Positions 1 to 12,075 of a stretch of 36,006 nt of DNA are shown in pieces. Source of the DNA: Nemertoderma westbladi (Eukaryota; Animalia; Xenacoelomorpha). The stretch's first letter is position 1, and every line of letters begins with the position of its first letter. The stretch lies in the NCBI GenBank assembly GCA_032718475.1, contig JAUCBJ010001467.1, forward strand, positions 1 to 36,006, in the 5' to 3' direction. The notes beneath the pieces were generated by a model that saw only the letters and a list, made by a program, of their open reading frames with translations, had not been told where the DNA came from and did no database searches. A program made the translations under genes and the position numbers.

Positions 1-2
1 AT

Positions 3-3000
3 TTGTCGCCCGTTGTCCCTCGTCCGCCCGCTACGACGTTGGCGGATCCCGTTTCGGCGGTTGATTGGGTAGACGAGAGACGGCGGGGGATGGATATCCT
101 GCTCGGGCAGATGCAGGAGACTGTCCAACAATTCAAGGGCACAGTAAGGGAAAGTAGGCTAGAGTTGCAAGAAGTGCAGCAAAGTATCGCGCTTGAACGC
201 GATAAATTAGTAAACACCCAAAAGGGTATACCACCACCCTCTGTAACAATGTGTCAACCCGTTAGGTCTGAAGTATCTCATGCGCAAGGTGTGGAGCCTA
301 CACGCATTTATACTGCTAGCGAAGTAGAAACTCCTATAGTGAACCCTATTAAGGGTAATTATAGACCTGTTGATAATGATATTCCATATAGAACTGACCA
401 TAATCCTAGAAATTTATATACCGATAACTCGATATTAAATAGCACGATGGCCCAAGAAAGTTTTACTCGTCAAATGGCTAGAACCGAAGCCCGGCAAGCG
501 GTAAAGGTTGGAGAGATCGTCAAGTTCAATGGAGATGAGATGAAATGGTTACCTTTTAATGAATATTACAAAGATAACATACAGAACTCTGTATTATCTA
601 ATGGAGAAAAACTTAGATACCTCATCGAGTGCTTGGAAGGATCTCCCAAGTCAATGGCGTTAAAATTTATTGGACATCCAGATGGATTAAGACAAGTTTG
701 GGATACACTAAACATCAGGTATGGTAATAGGACTAACATAGCTAGGTATTTATATGCGAAATTAATGGCACCCCGAAAGTTTCTTAGCAGCGGGATTATA
801 GAGTTTTCCGATGAGATTCAGGAGATCTGTAGACAACTAGATTGGTTAGGTAAGTCTCATGAATACCAGAATTCTATGGTTGTAGGAGCCTTAGCATCTA
901 CTTTGCCCAAGGGTGGAGTAGGTACACGCTGGGACAAGAAGGTGTTATATATGATGGAACAACAACAACGAGACCCTACCATGGCTGATCTCATGTCATT
1001 CCTGGATAGCGAGGTGAAATTACAGCTCATAAAGCAGTCCAGAGAGAAGACAGCGGAAAGTAAGGTAAGTGAGAAACCCGTTTCTAGGAGAAGGGTAATA
1101 CCAGTATGTTATACCGACGACGGTGAAAGCCAAACTTCTCAAGGAGAGGACAGCGGGAAAGACACTGACAGATCTTATGTCAATAAAATGCCTAAAGATC
1201 AGGTAAGTAAATCCAAGTCTCGACCCAATGACAGAAGGGAACCGGTACAAAAAACCCCTCCTACGTCTCCTAAAAGAATTCAGGTGAGAAAGCCCGAGGA
1301 AAGAACAAGTGTGCACCACACAGCACATGTTAAAGTAAGTAACATCAAGCCCAAATGTGTGCTGTGCGACGGGCCCCACAGTTTAAATGCGTGTGATAAA
1401 TTCCTGAGGAAATCACTAAAGGATAGACGTGAAGTCATGTGGGATAAGCGGTTGTGTTATAATTGCCTCAGACGAGGACACCAACGGCGAACCTGTAACT
1501 CCGACGCAAGGTGTGCAAAGTGCGGCGCAAAACATCATATCTTGTTGCACACGGAATTCGAACGAAACAGCCCGAGTCAGGTAAGTGAGTCCGAACTACA
1601 TGTCCAATTCAGTGATGTGAACGACACTGATCAATCTGAGATGGAAGGATTCTATACGGACGAGTTCTCCGACCAAAACGAATCCTGTTACCTAATAAAC
1701 ACCACCGCAGTGTATCGAACACTCGTGTATGAGAAAGACACAGACAGCGACCTTACCTTAACTACTTCCGATCAACAACCATCTTGGAAAGCGCCAACTT
1801 CCAATATAGGAATCCGAGAATTTCCTGTAGTCCAGTTACGGGTCCACGGACCTCAGAAGAGCTATATAGTGAACGCCCTCCTGGACTCCGGTAGCACAGG
1901 AACATTCATCGATAAAGAACTAGCCGAAGATATATTTGCTGGACAGCCCAAGTTCCAAACTAAGCTCAACATGTCTGGCATTATGCAAGTTTGGAAATCT
2001 ACAATAACAGCTGATTATTATGTCGGAGCGTTGTCCACCCCCCAGGACGAATTAGGAGAACACAGCATAAGGTCAGTGAAAATGGTGGCTATAAAGAACT
2101 TCGCTACTACTCAAGCAGACCTTTATAATTGGGACGAGGATGAGAGCATCCAACATCTTAACATACCTCGATTCCAGACTGATTATCCTGGAGTGCAAAT
2201 ACTCATCGGCCAAAACGCGCATGAGGCGCTGGAGACATTAGAGAAACGACCTGCTCAACCGCAGCCACTACAGACCTATGCGGTAAGAACTAGAGTAGGT
2301 TGGTACCTTACTGGACCTTCCCGTAGAACGCTCAGGGAAAGACTGCTTCAAGATCGCGTCTGCCAGGTGAGTGAATGGGAAGATGATACTAGTGAGGGAG
2401 ACGACCCAACTGAGGGAACACCACACTCCTCAGATAATGACAATCTTAGCTCCAATGTAGATCAATGGAGATATTGCCCCAAGAAGTTTAATCCAACGGA
2501 CATCGCTTCCAGAGGAGCAACTCCTCAAGAACTAACAGATACTATAGATCGGTTAGGTGAACCCGACTTCCTGAGTAAGGAGAATGAATGGCCTCCCCTT
2601 CTTACTCCGACTGAGATTAGACCAGCCAAGGGAGCGGAGAAAGTCGAACCTGAAACCCGGACGGGTGGATCGGAGTTATTTGAACCCGGGATAGATCTGT
2701 CGGTATTACATGTTGTCAGGGACGACGCCGTGGATCTGGGCCTCCCCTCCGCGAGTGGATCCTTCATGAAGATCAGAGAGAGCGATTGGAGCTCTGGAAC
2801 ATCAGACGTCTCGCAGAGACTCTCACCTCTCCTGCAGAGAGCGACGGACCACTATAGCTCCTGGAATCGGCTTTGTGACGCCGTCATATACTTTGAGCGA
2901 TGTTTCTATCGTCACTATTCCAGGACGAAGAGGAAACCTGGAATTGTATTCAGGATACAGCGACTCAATCACCCAGTCGGTCGTTTGTGTTTATCGGAAG

Positions 3001-3095
3001 GGAATGGAGGACTCTCCGGAAACTGTGGAAGGCAAGATTCTCTTCCCACGACCACCTCCCTAATCCTTCAAACATCTAGGGACTCCATAACGTAA
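3..3095 (+). CDS. BEL/Pao retrotransposon gag-protease ORF, internally deleted (no RT, no integrase core); probably open beyond the left edge
   Basis: DUF1759-like gag (KFNGDEMKWLPF...EKLRYLIECLEG); three Cys/His knuckles (CVLCDGPHSLNAC, CYNCLRRGHQRRTC, CAKCGAKHHILLH); aspartic protease ALLDSGSTGTFI...ILIGQN...RTRVGWYLTG; then directly the Pao RNase H tail QWRYCPKKFNPTDIASRG, EPDFLSKENEWP, YSSWNRL and a pol C-terminal-like HPVGRLCL. Confidence 0.93.
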   Translation: MSPVVPRPPATTLADPVSAVDWVDERRRGMDILLGQMQETVQQFKGTVRESRLELQEVQQSIALERDKLVNTQKGIPPPSVTMCQPVRSEVSHAQGVEPTRIYTASEVETPIVNPIKGNYRPVDNDIPYRTDHNPRNLYTDNSILNSTMAQESFTRQMARTEARQAVKVGEIVKFNGDEMKWLPFNEYYKDNIQNSVLSNGEKLRYLIECLEGSPKSMALKFIGHPDGLRQVWDTLNIRYGNRTNIARYLYAKLMAPRKFLSSGIIEFSDEIQEICRQLDWLGKSHEYQNSMVVGALASTLPKGGVGTRWDKKVLYMMEQQQRDPTMADLMSFLDSEVKLQLIKQSREKTAESKVSEKPVSRRRVIPVCYTDDGESQTSQGEDSGKDTDRSYVNKMPKDQVSKSKSRPNDRREPVQKTPPTSPKRIQVRKPEERTSVHHTAHVKVSNIKPKCVLCDGPHSLNACDKFLRKSLKDRREVMWDKRLCYNCLRRGHQRRTCNSDARCAKCGAKHHILLHTEFERNSPSQVSESELHVQFSDVNDTDQSEMEGFYTDEFSDQNESCYLINTTAVYRTLVYEKDTDSDLTLTTSDQQPSWKAPTSNIGIREFPVVQLRVHGPQKSYIVNALLDSGSTGTFIDKELAEDIFAGQPKFQTKLNMSGIMQVWKSTITADYYVGALSTPQDELGEHSIRSVKMVAIKNFATTQADLYNWDEDESIQHLNIPRFQTDYPGVQILIGQNAHEALETLEKRPAQPQPLQTYAVRTRVGWYLTGPSRRTLRERLLQDRVCQVSEWEDDTSEGDDPTEGTPHSSDNDNLSSNVDQWRYCPKKFNPTDIASRGATPQELTDTIDRLGEPDFLSKENEWPPLLTPTEIRPAKGAEKVEPETRTGGSELFEPGIDLSVLHVVRDDAVDLGLPSASGSFMKIRESDWSSGTSDVSQRLSPLLQRATDHYSSWNRLCDAVIYFERCFYRHYSRTKRKPGIVFRIQRLNHPVGRLCLSEGNGGLSGNCGRQDSLPTTTSLILQTSRDSIT

Positions 3096-3113
3096 CAACA
3101 TATGGAGTGGGTG

Positions 3114-6100
3114 TGTGACTCTATTATTTTATATTATTTTATTATTTTTATATTTCTGTATGTATTACTATGTAATTTTATTATAATCGTTTTCTTTAAT
3201 TTTATTCAGTAGAATGTTATTTTAGCGATTATTTAGTAGATTAGTGCAATATATATTCGCGTTTATTACTTAATTACATATATATTATATTTAATGCGAC
3301 GGCAAGAAATAATTCTTTTTCTCTTTCCCTACTGTCCGTATTACATTACAAATACGTAACTACAGTAAGATGAAATAAATGTCCGTACTTATTAAAGTAC
3401 AATAAAGCCACTACTATATTTAAGTATTATTGGTAGGCAGAGTATTAGGAATGCAAAGTTCAGATCCTCGTGTCTCGGCTAAACCAAGCTCTGGGTAGAC
3501 CTTGGAAACGACTTGCCTCTTCACACTGACATTGCTTCGTGCGATATTGCTCTCATACCGTATATTAAATAATACATATAGTAGCGTGATGTCCCTTTAA
3601 CAGTAGCGTATAACGCAAAATAAATCTGTTAAACCCTTTGACCATCTGTAATTCTAGTCGATTAAGATATCGTGGCACCCACCGATATACTTGAAAGACA
3701 AATTATAGAATCAGTGGTTAACGTCCCCAGACAAGTTCTGGAATAAATCGGTGCCCATCTCAAATATTAATTAGTTAATATTTACAAATCAAATAAGTCA
3801 AAATCTGTAAAATTCAGATCCTTCAACAATTCTAGTCAATTAAGATATCGCAGCATTTACCGATATTCTTAAAGAGACAATTTTCTTAGAATTAAGGATC
3901 TTGTGTCCCTAGACAAGTTCTAGAATCAAAATATGTCCATTTAATTATCAAATAATAAAATTTCAGGGAATAAATTTAAATTCATGTCTTTTAATGAATT
4001 TAATAAATTGCCATTTTACGCGATTTATAACATTCCCAAAATTCCATAAATTAATAGATCAAGGGAGCGGAGATTTATATTATTATGCGTATGCGTGTAC
4101 GAAAGTCTCCCAAACATAGTTAATAGCCGATAAAATTCGTAAAGTCATGTATAAACAGGACATTGACTATTAAAGAATTACTATTAAATAACATCCCAGA
4201 TCTGTATGCATTGGAATCACCCTAATTCTACCGCTAGCTTTGCATAATGTCACCATAGCAACAACCACGCTAGAATTAGAATTGAGTTAAAAGAACAATA
4301 GAAAGCCTGTCCCATTGAATAACATAGGGAATAAATAGCGCACTGATAGTATCCAAGGATACATAATAATACAGTGACATTCTGGAAGGCATTGACTAAC
4401 GGACAAGTGACCCGAGTGTGTGTAATTTGTGACAAATTGTGTGTGTGGTATTTGTGAGTTTATAGGCGAATGTTACTGCTAAGGTGTGTTTACAGTAGCT
4501 AGTCGCAATCGTAAAAGTAACCTAACTCTCCAAGGAAACCTGAAGTACATCTAAGCCTTTGGGACGGACAGTTGAGTGACTTGTGCCGGTTGTCGTTGTC
4601 GTTGTGCGGCTACGTCGTTGGCGAAAGTACAGCGGCGACGACACATCGGCGCTGAGGATCTCGTACTGTCCGGGGTTGATTGGGGTAGGCAGCGACGCCC
4701 GCTCGCCTAAATATAAACTCATTATAATGTGGATAAACTCATATATAGCAGATATGATGGAGTTGATAGAAGATGGTCTTGTCATCCTATCGATTTACAC
4801 AATACGGGCTATGTCGACTATATATCCTGCCCAGCGGAGTCGGAACCATAAACGGAAATTCAAATGCGAAAATTCTATTCGAAATCGACTCGAAAGAAAA
4901 GACACTTAAGAAACAAATGGACGCGGTAACTCCAACGTATATTTGGAATTCTTGATAGAAGCATTGTAACAACAAATAAATATCACCCGCGTTTACCCTA
5001 CCAGACGTGCGTCTTTGGTATTATTACGATAAATGCCCTAGACCCAGCCAATAAACGGAAAGACATAAACATCCACGGAAACGTTGTGTTAAACACAGTT
5101 GTGCTCGTTATATTTACTGGAGTTTCGACCGAAACTTGTTTGACGTACCACCTATGCTCACTCGGCTCGAACGATCCTGGAGTAAACCTACGATCAGAGT
5201 CCCGGAATACTCGATCAAACCTCCTCATTCCTTAGTTGGACCTCAGACCTGCGATCCTGGTGGTGTCGCGGATCCTCGCGGACTGTATTCACTGTTCAAA
5301 GATCTAGTGCTACCCTAACAATTAATCGGTAACACTCCGACAGTGATTTCTAGCTAGCCGCCCATCTTACCTAGCCGGATTGTGACGCGGACACCTAATA
5401 TCACTATCCTACCGTATGGTCGTCCCCGTTTAACGCGATACAACCCCTCATCAAGGGGAAGGAGAGCGTTGTACGAAACGAGTTAAACGCTGATTCTATA
5501 AAGATCAAAAAGGAAACCTGCGTTTGTTCAGATAAACGTAAGTTATAACAGTGAGTCCAATCGATACACGAATTGGCCTTATCTCAATTCGATTGGGAAA
5601 TCCAGAATCTCTAAGAAGTTATCGAACTTGGACGATCCTATTCTCTGCGAGAGTTTTTGGATGAACGTATCCAGCTACGAGCGGAGGAAAATCAGCTCGA
5701 GGAGAAGCATATCGAAACGGCAGATACCTCGACCACAATCCTACACCTTCTGATGCAATCATATTGCACCCTTCACCCAGGAGTTATGGCCCTCCTAGTA
5801 AAGTGGCTCCCCCCAAAGAGAAAAAGACTCTTGCTAGCCTCAAAAAACTGCGTAAACGCCGTCTGCGTAAGAAAGACTAACTGTTTAGAGTATCTTTATG
5901 TTTTAGAAACTGTGATTTTTATATTTTATAGACTGAAAATCCCATTTTCTGGGAGCGGTGTAAAAGCCTTTGCTGAATTGCCCCGTTATTTTTATTATCT
6001 TTTACATTAAAATACTCTGTAGTTGATTTAATAAGTGTAAGAGACCGTATTATTGCTGTATCGGTGTTTTTAGAGGATCTAAGACCTATTTCCTCCGTAT

Positions 6101-6174
6101 GTGTACTGTGAAAGGCATATTTTATGATTCTATGGCAATTCGTGACGCAAAGGGGTGATAGCTACTCTTGAACA
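3114..6174 (+). mobile_element. Probable 3' LTR of the BEL/Pao element (right boundary uncertain: 3525 or 6174)
   Basis: Purine-rich PPT-like GGAGTGGGTG (3104-3113) just after the stop, followed by TGT. Candidate ends are TCACA at 3525 (inverse of TGTGA; AATAAA at 3401) or CTCTTGAACA at 6174. The 5' LTR is outside the window, so this cannot be confirmed. Confidence 0.5.
3622..3930. repeat. Diverged tandem duplication, period about 179 bp
   Basis: AAATCTGT...AATTCTAGTC(G/A)ATTAAGATATCG...ACCGATAT...AGACAAGTTCT(G/A)GAAT starts at 3622 and again at 3801. Confidence 0.85.
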
Positions 6175-7984
6175 GTAGTTACTATGACTACGGTTAACAG
6201 CTGACATTCATACGTGTTGATTTCCTTTGTTCTACGGCGTCTCTCAGTTCAGTCAGCCAATGAGAGCGTTTTTGTGGCTCCTTGTACAGAAAATTTCCGA
6301 GAAATGACGCAATGCCTATGTGCAGTGTTTACATTCAGTCTTGAGCCAAAGAAAGAACGGCTTGGAAGTATTTTGTGCTGTACTGCTTTTTAGTCTTACA
6401 CTAGTAGGTTTAATTATAAAGGGCATATATCCTTTAACTTGAATATCTCACTGTAAATATCTCACTGCTGACATACCGGTACTGATGTACCGATCTACCT
6501 AACTGTTCAGTTGTTGTTTGATACTGCTATTTACTGTCAGTTCTTCATAATATGGTTGATGAATTATTATATTTGGAATAACGATAAATAACCCCGCAAC
6601 CCAATATTCTTGATATACCGAAGGTAAGAGAGAAAGGTTACCAATAACGATTGTGACTTATGTTAAAGTGGTTTGAAGTGAATCTAATGTTATTTGATAG
6701 ACCCTACATGAGTCAGCCTGTGTTCCTTTTATATGTGACTAAAATCAGTGAAGATTGGCAGATTAGTGTGCAGTATTGTGCAGCATAGTGTATGAGTGAG
6801 TCTGTTAAAGAAGCAATTCCTAAAGAATGCGTCATATATGTGGATTATAATTAAGCCATATCGTTGTGAGTAGTTTAAGTCATAACTCTGTTTATATAGA
6901 TAAAGCGCCACGTCCTAAAGGAACTGTTAATATTACCGAAGGTGAATAATATTGTCAGAGATTATATAATACTGTCAGTCGAATAATACATTAGGCTTAC
7001 ATAGCAATAAAAATTAAACCGTCGAACCCAATCTCCCGGGAATATCCAGCGGGTGAATGGTCGCGCACGGATTGGTTTCGACTAGTGTAGTGAATCAAAT
7101 ACTTGTCATAGACTAAAAGCAGATTTAATATCTAGAAGACATCTTGATTTGGTGGGTTAAACTGCCAAAGGTCTGAAAGCGCGAACATATACCTTAATAT
7201 TAAACATAAATATTAAATTACTTACAGTGGTAAGACTTACACGAATTAGTCAGCACCAAATAATGGAAGTGAAGAATGAAATAATGTTGTGCAACCACGA
7301 CGCGGCGAGGAGCCCAACACGCGTTGGGTGACACAAACTGTTTGAACATTTCGTGATCGCAATAGGAATTAAGGATGTAATTCTGAAACGTTTCACAACT
7401 GAGATTTTTAAGTAATTGCACGAACACCTACATTGCAACAGGTTGAATGTTTTATACGCACAAGCAATACAGTTATCCACAAGCGGTTATGTGATTTGCA
7501 CAAGTTTGCGGTGCTGCCTGCCTCACAATACTTTGTTACTGAACGTATTTTTTTTATCTCTCTTTGGGGTCTTCCTCACTTTGAGGCTCAAGTGTCATTT
7601 CCCGGCTTGGCCCCTCGAGATGGTCTTTAGCTGCATGGCGACTGCCACCAAATGATCACTGATTGCATGCAACACCTAGGTCCCATTTACTGATGTTTAC
7701 TTTTTTCAAATAGTCTATATTTAGTCTTATTGAATAGTAATACTAGAGTGTTGAGATTAATTTTTCACAATCATTGCTACAATGGCATTAGTTAAAGAAT
7801 GAGTTCCCTCGAAATCAAATAGTTATTATTAAATATAAATAAATATATTTAATACACAGTACCATAGATATGCCCTGCCTGCCCTTTATACACTGCGAGA
7901 AATTAAATCACTGCCCCGCACAGCGCAATGTAACAAATTTACCTGAAACTAAAACAATAACTAAGTAATGTGATTCAAAAAATA

Positions 7985-9886
7985 TTACTCGAGCAAGGAT
8001 GTCCAACATAAATCAACAACACTGGCCAAGTGGTCGCTAGGAGTGAACGCGTTCGGAAGACCGCGTTCCAAAAGTTCATCTGATATCTCGGGTAACGGGA
8101 AGCAATGTAGAAGTTGCAAGGAGTCAGAATCAACGAATATGTAATCCAAACAGCCTCTAAAGTGGGTTATAGCGTGAGTGTAGGAGGGGGTACCAGACGC
8201 GTTGAATAGATTAAATGAGTGAGTTAGTCGCACTCCTGGGTGCTGGTGGGTTGACCGGTTCAACCAGTCTGGGTGGTCAGCGGGGACCGAACCCTGGGTC
8301 GCCAGTTGGTAGACCGCGGTGCGGGGCACCGAGTTGAAATCCCCCGCGAATATAAGCGCTACCGGGCCATCCTGGGCGTCTCGCAGCCTCTCAAGGTGTC
8401 GCAGAGCGACAGCGGATTGAATCAGTCGCATAAAGGCGCACAACGGGTGGAAGTATAGATGGGTGTTCGCCACTAGTATGTACTCGTTAGGTTTCTGTGT
8501 GGATTCCAATAGCGCGCATTGTAGCAACGTTGGGCGTTTTAGAAGGAAATCCTTGTGATTAGAATCTAAACCGGCCTCGAAAACCTCCAATAAGTCCGAA
8601 TTACTATCATCCAATAGAGATTCCATTATAGTAAAGTTAAAAGATTTGCGTAAAGTCAACTTCTCTGTTCTGTAATAGATCGCTTCGCCTTCCCTACCGT
8701 GTTGGCCTTTCCCAGCAAATATTCCTTTGAAACCGAAACCTTCCATAGCTGAACTTAATTCTCTATCGAACAAACGAACATCCACTTCTTGAAGGCAAAC
8801 TATATCTGCGTTGTAACCGGTGATTTCTTTCATCAGCAACAAGGCCCGGTAATCCAGTCTAATGTAGCAATCCGAAGTATTCGGGTAAAAGTTGGTGTTT
8901 TCTTTAGTGGCGTATAAATCCGCTAGTATGTTGTAACTAACGACACGGAGGTCGGTAGGAGATGTCGGTGTTTCTGTGTACAGAATACGTTCATCGAACG
9001 AGCAGACCCCCGGGCCGGCCTCCACTACAGACTGGGTTACCGCCTCCTTACTAACTCCGCGATGTGGACCGCGTTTAGGAGTGGCGACTACACGGAAATT
9101 AAACCCTATATCCACAGCATTCGGTACAACCATCCCACCATCCCGAAACTTTAACCACTCATTCGAAACCGCTGTCGAATTTCTTTTATACCACGAAATA
9201 TCACATCCTGTTGAAAATATCGACTTATAATATGGAACGATTGGGAACCCACTTAGAGTGACTTTAGGTAACGATATTTCCGTAACATAAGGGGCGTTTA
9301 CTACTATAGAGTATTCATCGGATGTCAACCTGAGTTTGAAATCATCTCGCCAAGCTTCTGCGTTCAATATCTCTTCGTTAACCTTTTCTCCATCAACATC
9401 AAATAAATTCACGTCAATTCCTTCTATAGCAGGATCGATGTTCGTTTTCTTGATGTTTTTCAGAAATTTCTTTAATAAGCTCGATTTAAGACGAGATAGT
9501 GTAGCATTTAGAGTCTCACATTTGGGCCGGTGTAGATTAAACTGTTTGTTTCTGTAACTAAAGGCGATATTTATAAAATCGCTTGTTTCATCATTGGTGA
9601 CATCAACGATTTTATCGAACGTTGTTGCGTTGCAGTTGCGATCGTCGGATGAGAGTTTATCAACAACATCCATATTGTTATCATTCACTTTTTGTCTTTT
9701 CGCGTGAATTATTGCGGGGCCCAATAGTTGGGCTGGGGTACCTGGAGTGTAAATATTTCGCAAGCGGTTCCTAGTGCATCGGTTACCGATAAGTACGGCA
9801 TCAGAAGCCCAGCTGAGAGTTGGCGAATAGCTCAATAAACCTTTCTGGAAGACTTTTAATAAACTTACAAACGCTATCCCAATCAT
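7985..9886 (-). CDS. PDE12: 2',5'-phosphodiesterase 12 (CCR4/EEP-family mitochondrial deadenylase), CDS without introns, 633 aa from first ATG
   Basis: EEP motifs RVVSYNILAD, ADIVCLQEVD, VANTHLYFHP, AGDFNS, CLDYIF, PSDH; PDE12-type N-terminal region VVNAP...GFPIVP...VEAGPG.CSFDER. First ATG is at 9886 (the ORF-track start at 9937 is TTG); basic N-terminus compatible with a transit peptide. Confidence 0.93.
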   Translation of the reverse strand: MIGIAFVSLLKVFQKGLLSYSPTLSWASDAVLIGNRCTRNRLRNIYTPGTPAQLLGPAIIHAKRQKVNDNNMDVVDKLSSDDRNCNATTFDKIVDVTNDETSDFINIAFSYRNKQFNLHRPKCETLNATLSRLKSSLLKKFLKNIKKTNIDPAIEGIDVNLFDVDGEKVNEEILNAEAWRDDFKLRLTSDEYSIVVNAPYVTEISLPKVTLSGFPIVPYYKSIFSTGCDISWYKRNSTAVSNEWLKFRDGGMVVPNAVDIGFNFRVVATPKRGPHRGVSKEAVTQSVVEAGPGVCSFDERILYTETPTSPTDLRVVSYNILADLYATKENTNFYPNTSDCYIRLDYRALLLMKEITGYNADIVCLQEVDVRLFDRELSSAMEGFGFKGIFAGKGQHGREGEAIYYRTEKLTLRKSFNFTIMESLLDDSNSDLLEVFEAGLDSNHKDFLLKRPTLLQCALLESTQKPNEYILVANTHLYFHPLCAFMRLIQSAVALRHLERLRDAQDGPVALIFAGDFNSVPRTAVYQLATQGSVPADHPDWLNRSTHQHPGVRLTHSFNLFNASGTPSYTHAITHFRGCLDYIFVDSDSLQLLHCFPLPEISDELLERGLPNAFTPSDHLASVVDLCWTSLLE

Positions 9887-10269
9887 AGATCTGGTACAGT
9901 CACGTTTCGGGCACCTACAAATACAATACAGCAGCAATACAAAATACTAAATTTTTACTAATTTACGAGTTTGGCACTGTATAGTCTACTTGGATACTCT
10001 ATAGAGTATCAGCTTCAGGTACTAACAGCTGAACAGTTCGACAGTAGCTGTTATTTATACTTACTGTATGTAGGCTATACTGTTGTAACCAGACTGTGTA
10101 ACAGTATACAGGTATATCATTATGGTACAGTAGGCCTAACTGTAGTAGGGCAGTTGAGCAGGCAGTCTAATTTGTTTACTTTTTTGTAGAACAGGGTAGC
10201 TAGGGTACATTCTGACATTGTTAACTTAACCTTTATGGTATTTTGTTTGTTTATTTATTTAGGGGTTAG

Positions 10270-11323
10270 TTGGACATGGCTCAACTAAAATTAACTCAAT
10301 CGAAGCACAAGATGAACCAATGTCCAAAATTAATATTCTGTCTACAAAGTCAATCTATCAATTATTACCCTCCAAATTTCAAAAACTATCAACCATTCGC
10401 ACACAATTTAATACATTCTCTGAAAAAAATTGGCAATTTTCAATCACAAACCCGCCCAGTAAAGACAAACAAACTCCCACAAACAAACTACTGTAAAACC
10501 TATTCGCTATTTAAAAGAACATTAATACATGAAAAATATTTGACCAATATGCCATTTAAAACACGCCAAATAATGTTCTAAACACTGTTTAAATGTTTAA
10601 ACGCTGTTGATTCTAAATACGGTTTAGAATCAACAATCACACCTTTAGGATAGAGACAGGTCGTTATGATAAAACCCCCCTGGAAAGTAGATTGTGTCGA
10701 TTTTGTAATGATGAATCAATAGACGACGAGAAACACATTGCATTTACAGAAAGGTATGCCCCAAATTTTATAATCAACGAGAAAAACTATTTCCAAGCTT
10801 ATATACTACGACTAATTTACTTTTAAACAATTTAGACCATAATATGAAATTCTATAGCATACTGAAATGTGATGACAGAACAACTAATAACCTTCTAGTA
10901 CATAGAATTACTCAATACGGCATACGAACTTATAAATTAATACGAATTCTAAATTAAAAGCATTTCGATCTCCCTGTAACCCAAATTCGTAATCCAACTA
11001 CTCGTGACGAATGCGGCCCAACTTTCTTCACATGTCGCTTATTTTAAATAATTACTTAATTTGCTTTGCATTACTGTAGAGTATAGGTAATTCTGTTTAG
11101 ATCTGGTTCTGATTGTTTTGTGTATCTGTATTTAGTACCTATGCTTTATTGGTTGGCCGTAAACTCAAACATTTATACTGTAGGCATAACTACTGTTCAA
11201 TACGTGTATGTATTGCCATAACCAGGGCCTTCATAAAATAACTTTAACTAAATTATTTTATGAAGGCCCTGCCATAACCCTTATTATATATTGGGATAAA
11301 GGCTAATCTAAATTTAAAAAAAA
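10270..11323 (+). mobile_element. Degenerate LINE 3' fragment (RTEX/CR1-like C-terminal Cys motif plus 3' UTR)
   Basis: About 10630-10740 translates as NHTFRIETGRYDKTPLESRLCRFCNDESIDDEKH, the IETGRY...CxxC...DExH motif at the end of many LINE ORF2 proteins; frame broken; A-rich end near 11320. Confidence 0.75.
11223..11271. mobile_element. 49-bp minimal MITE with 19-bp perfect TIRs and 7-bp TSD (P-element-like or hAT-like termini)
   Basis: CCATAAC|CAGGGCCTTCATAAAATAA...TTATTTTATGAAGGCCCTG|CCATAAC. Confidence 0.88.
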
Positions 11324-11789
11324 CATTGTTAGGAAATTCTACCTTCAGTAGAAAAATTGACCAATCACTCAATATCGACATTCACCTACAGTATACTAAC
11401 GTACAATATTTTTTATTTGTTGTAAGTCACTTTTTTTGTCAAAGTCGTTAACAAGTTTGACAAAAAAAAAGAACACTTTTATTGTCAACAAAAAAAGTAA
11501 ATGTTGAATTAAATTTCTAAGTAATTTCTATGACATTGATTTTTTATACTAGCTATGTAGTTTTTGCGAATTTTTTTATAAATGTTATAGAACACGGGTT
11601 ATCAATTTTAATAGATATTTTTGTTCTAGAATAACTTTTTCTTCTAGAAATTTTTTTTGGAAAAAATACCACCCTACTGTCAGAAGGTCAAATATTTGTT
11701 CTAGAAAATAACTTTGTCTCGCTACGCTCCCCAAATAATATCGCTCGACAAAAAAGTAGTAAAAATTACTTTTTTGCCACCACTTAAGA

Positions 11790-12075
11790 AAACTGTGCCG
11801 CCTTATCGTTAAAATTTCGCCGCTACAACTCCTGTCACCCATGACATTTCAAGGCCAGCGTCCTTTAAGTCCTTAAAGATGCGTCTCAAGAAAGTCATGG
11901 GCTGTCCACCATGCTTATTCACTCCATGAGGCTGCCAAAGCACATGATTATGCACAGGCTGGTCCTCACGGCGAAAGCAATGTCCTGCAAAGCGGAGGCC
12001 GCTCCGTTCAAGTGTCAAGATAGGGGAGACCTCCAAGGTTGTATAGAGGATGAAACACCTCCAAGGTTGTATAGG
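11790..12075 (-). mobile_element. RTE-clade LINE 3' fragment
   Basis: LRFAGHCFRREDQPVHNHVLWQPHGVNKHGGQPMTF matches the RTE ORF2 C-terminal pattern (LRFAGH..R......LLW.P.G....GRP..T). An 18-bp direct repeat ACCTCCAAGGTTGTATAG lies at its 5' truncation. Confidence 0.82.

Noticed and set aside
4250-6010. Short ORFs (60-117 aa) downstream of the BEL ORF as an env-like or accessory gene
   Set aside because: Short, on both strands, mostly non-ATG starts, no recognisable motifs.
6230-6400. CCAAT box followed by ATG-CCT-ATG-TGC (THAP-like start)
   Set aside because: Frame stops after 10 codons; no further THAP motifs.
6966-7680. Exon-like minus-strand segments with AG/GTAAG boundaries
   Set aside because: The 6972-7173 segment has stops in all three frames and nothing resembles FANCJ; at most an unassignable relic.
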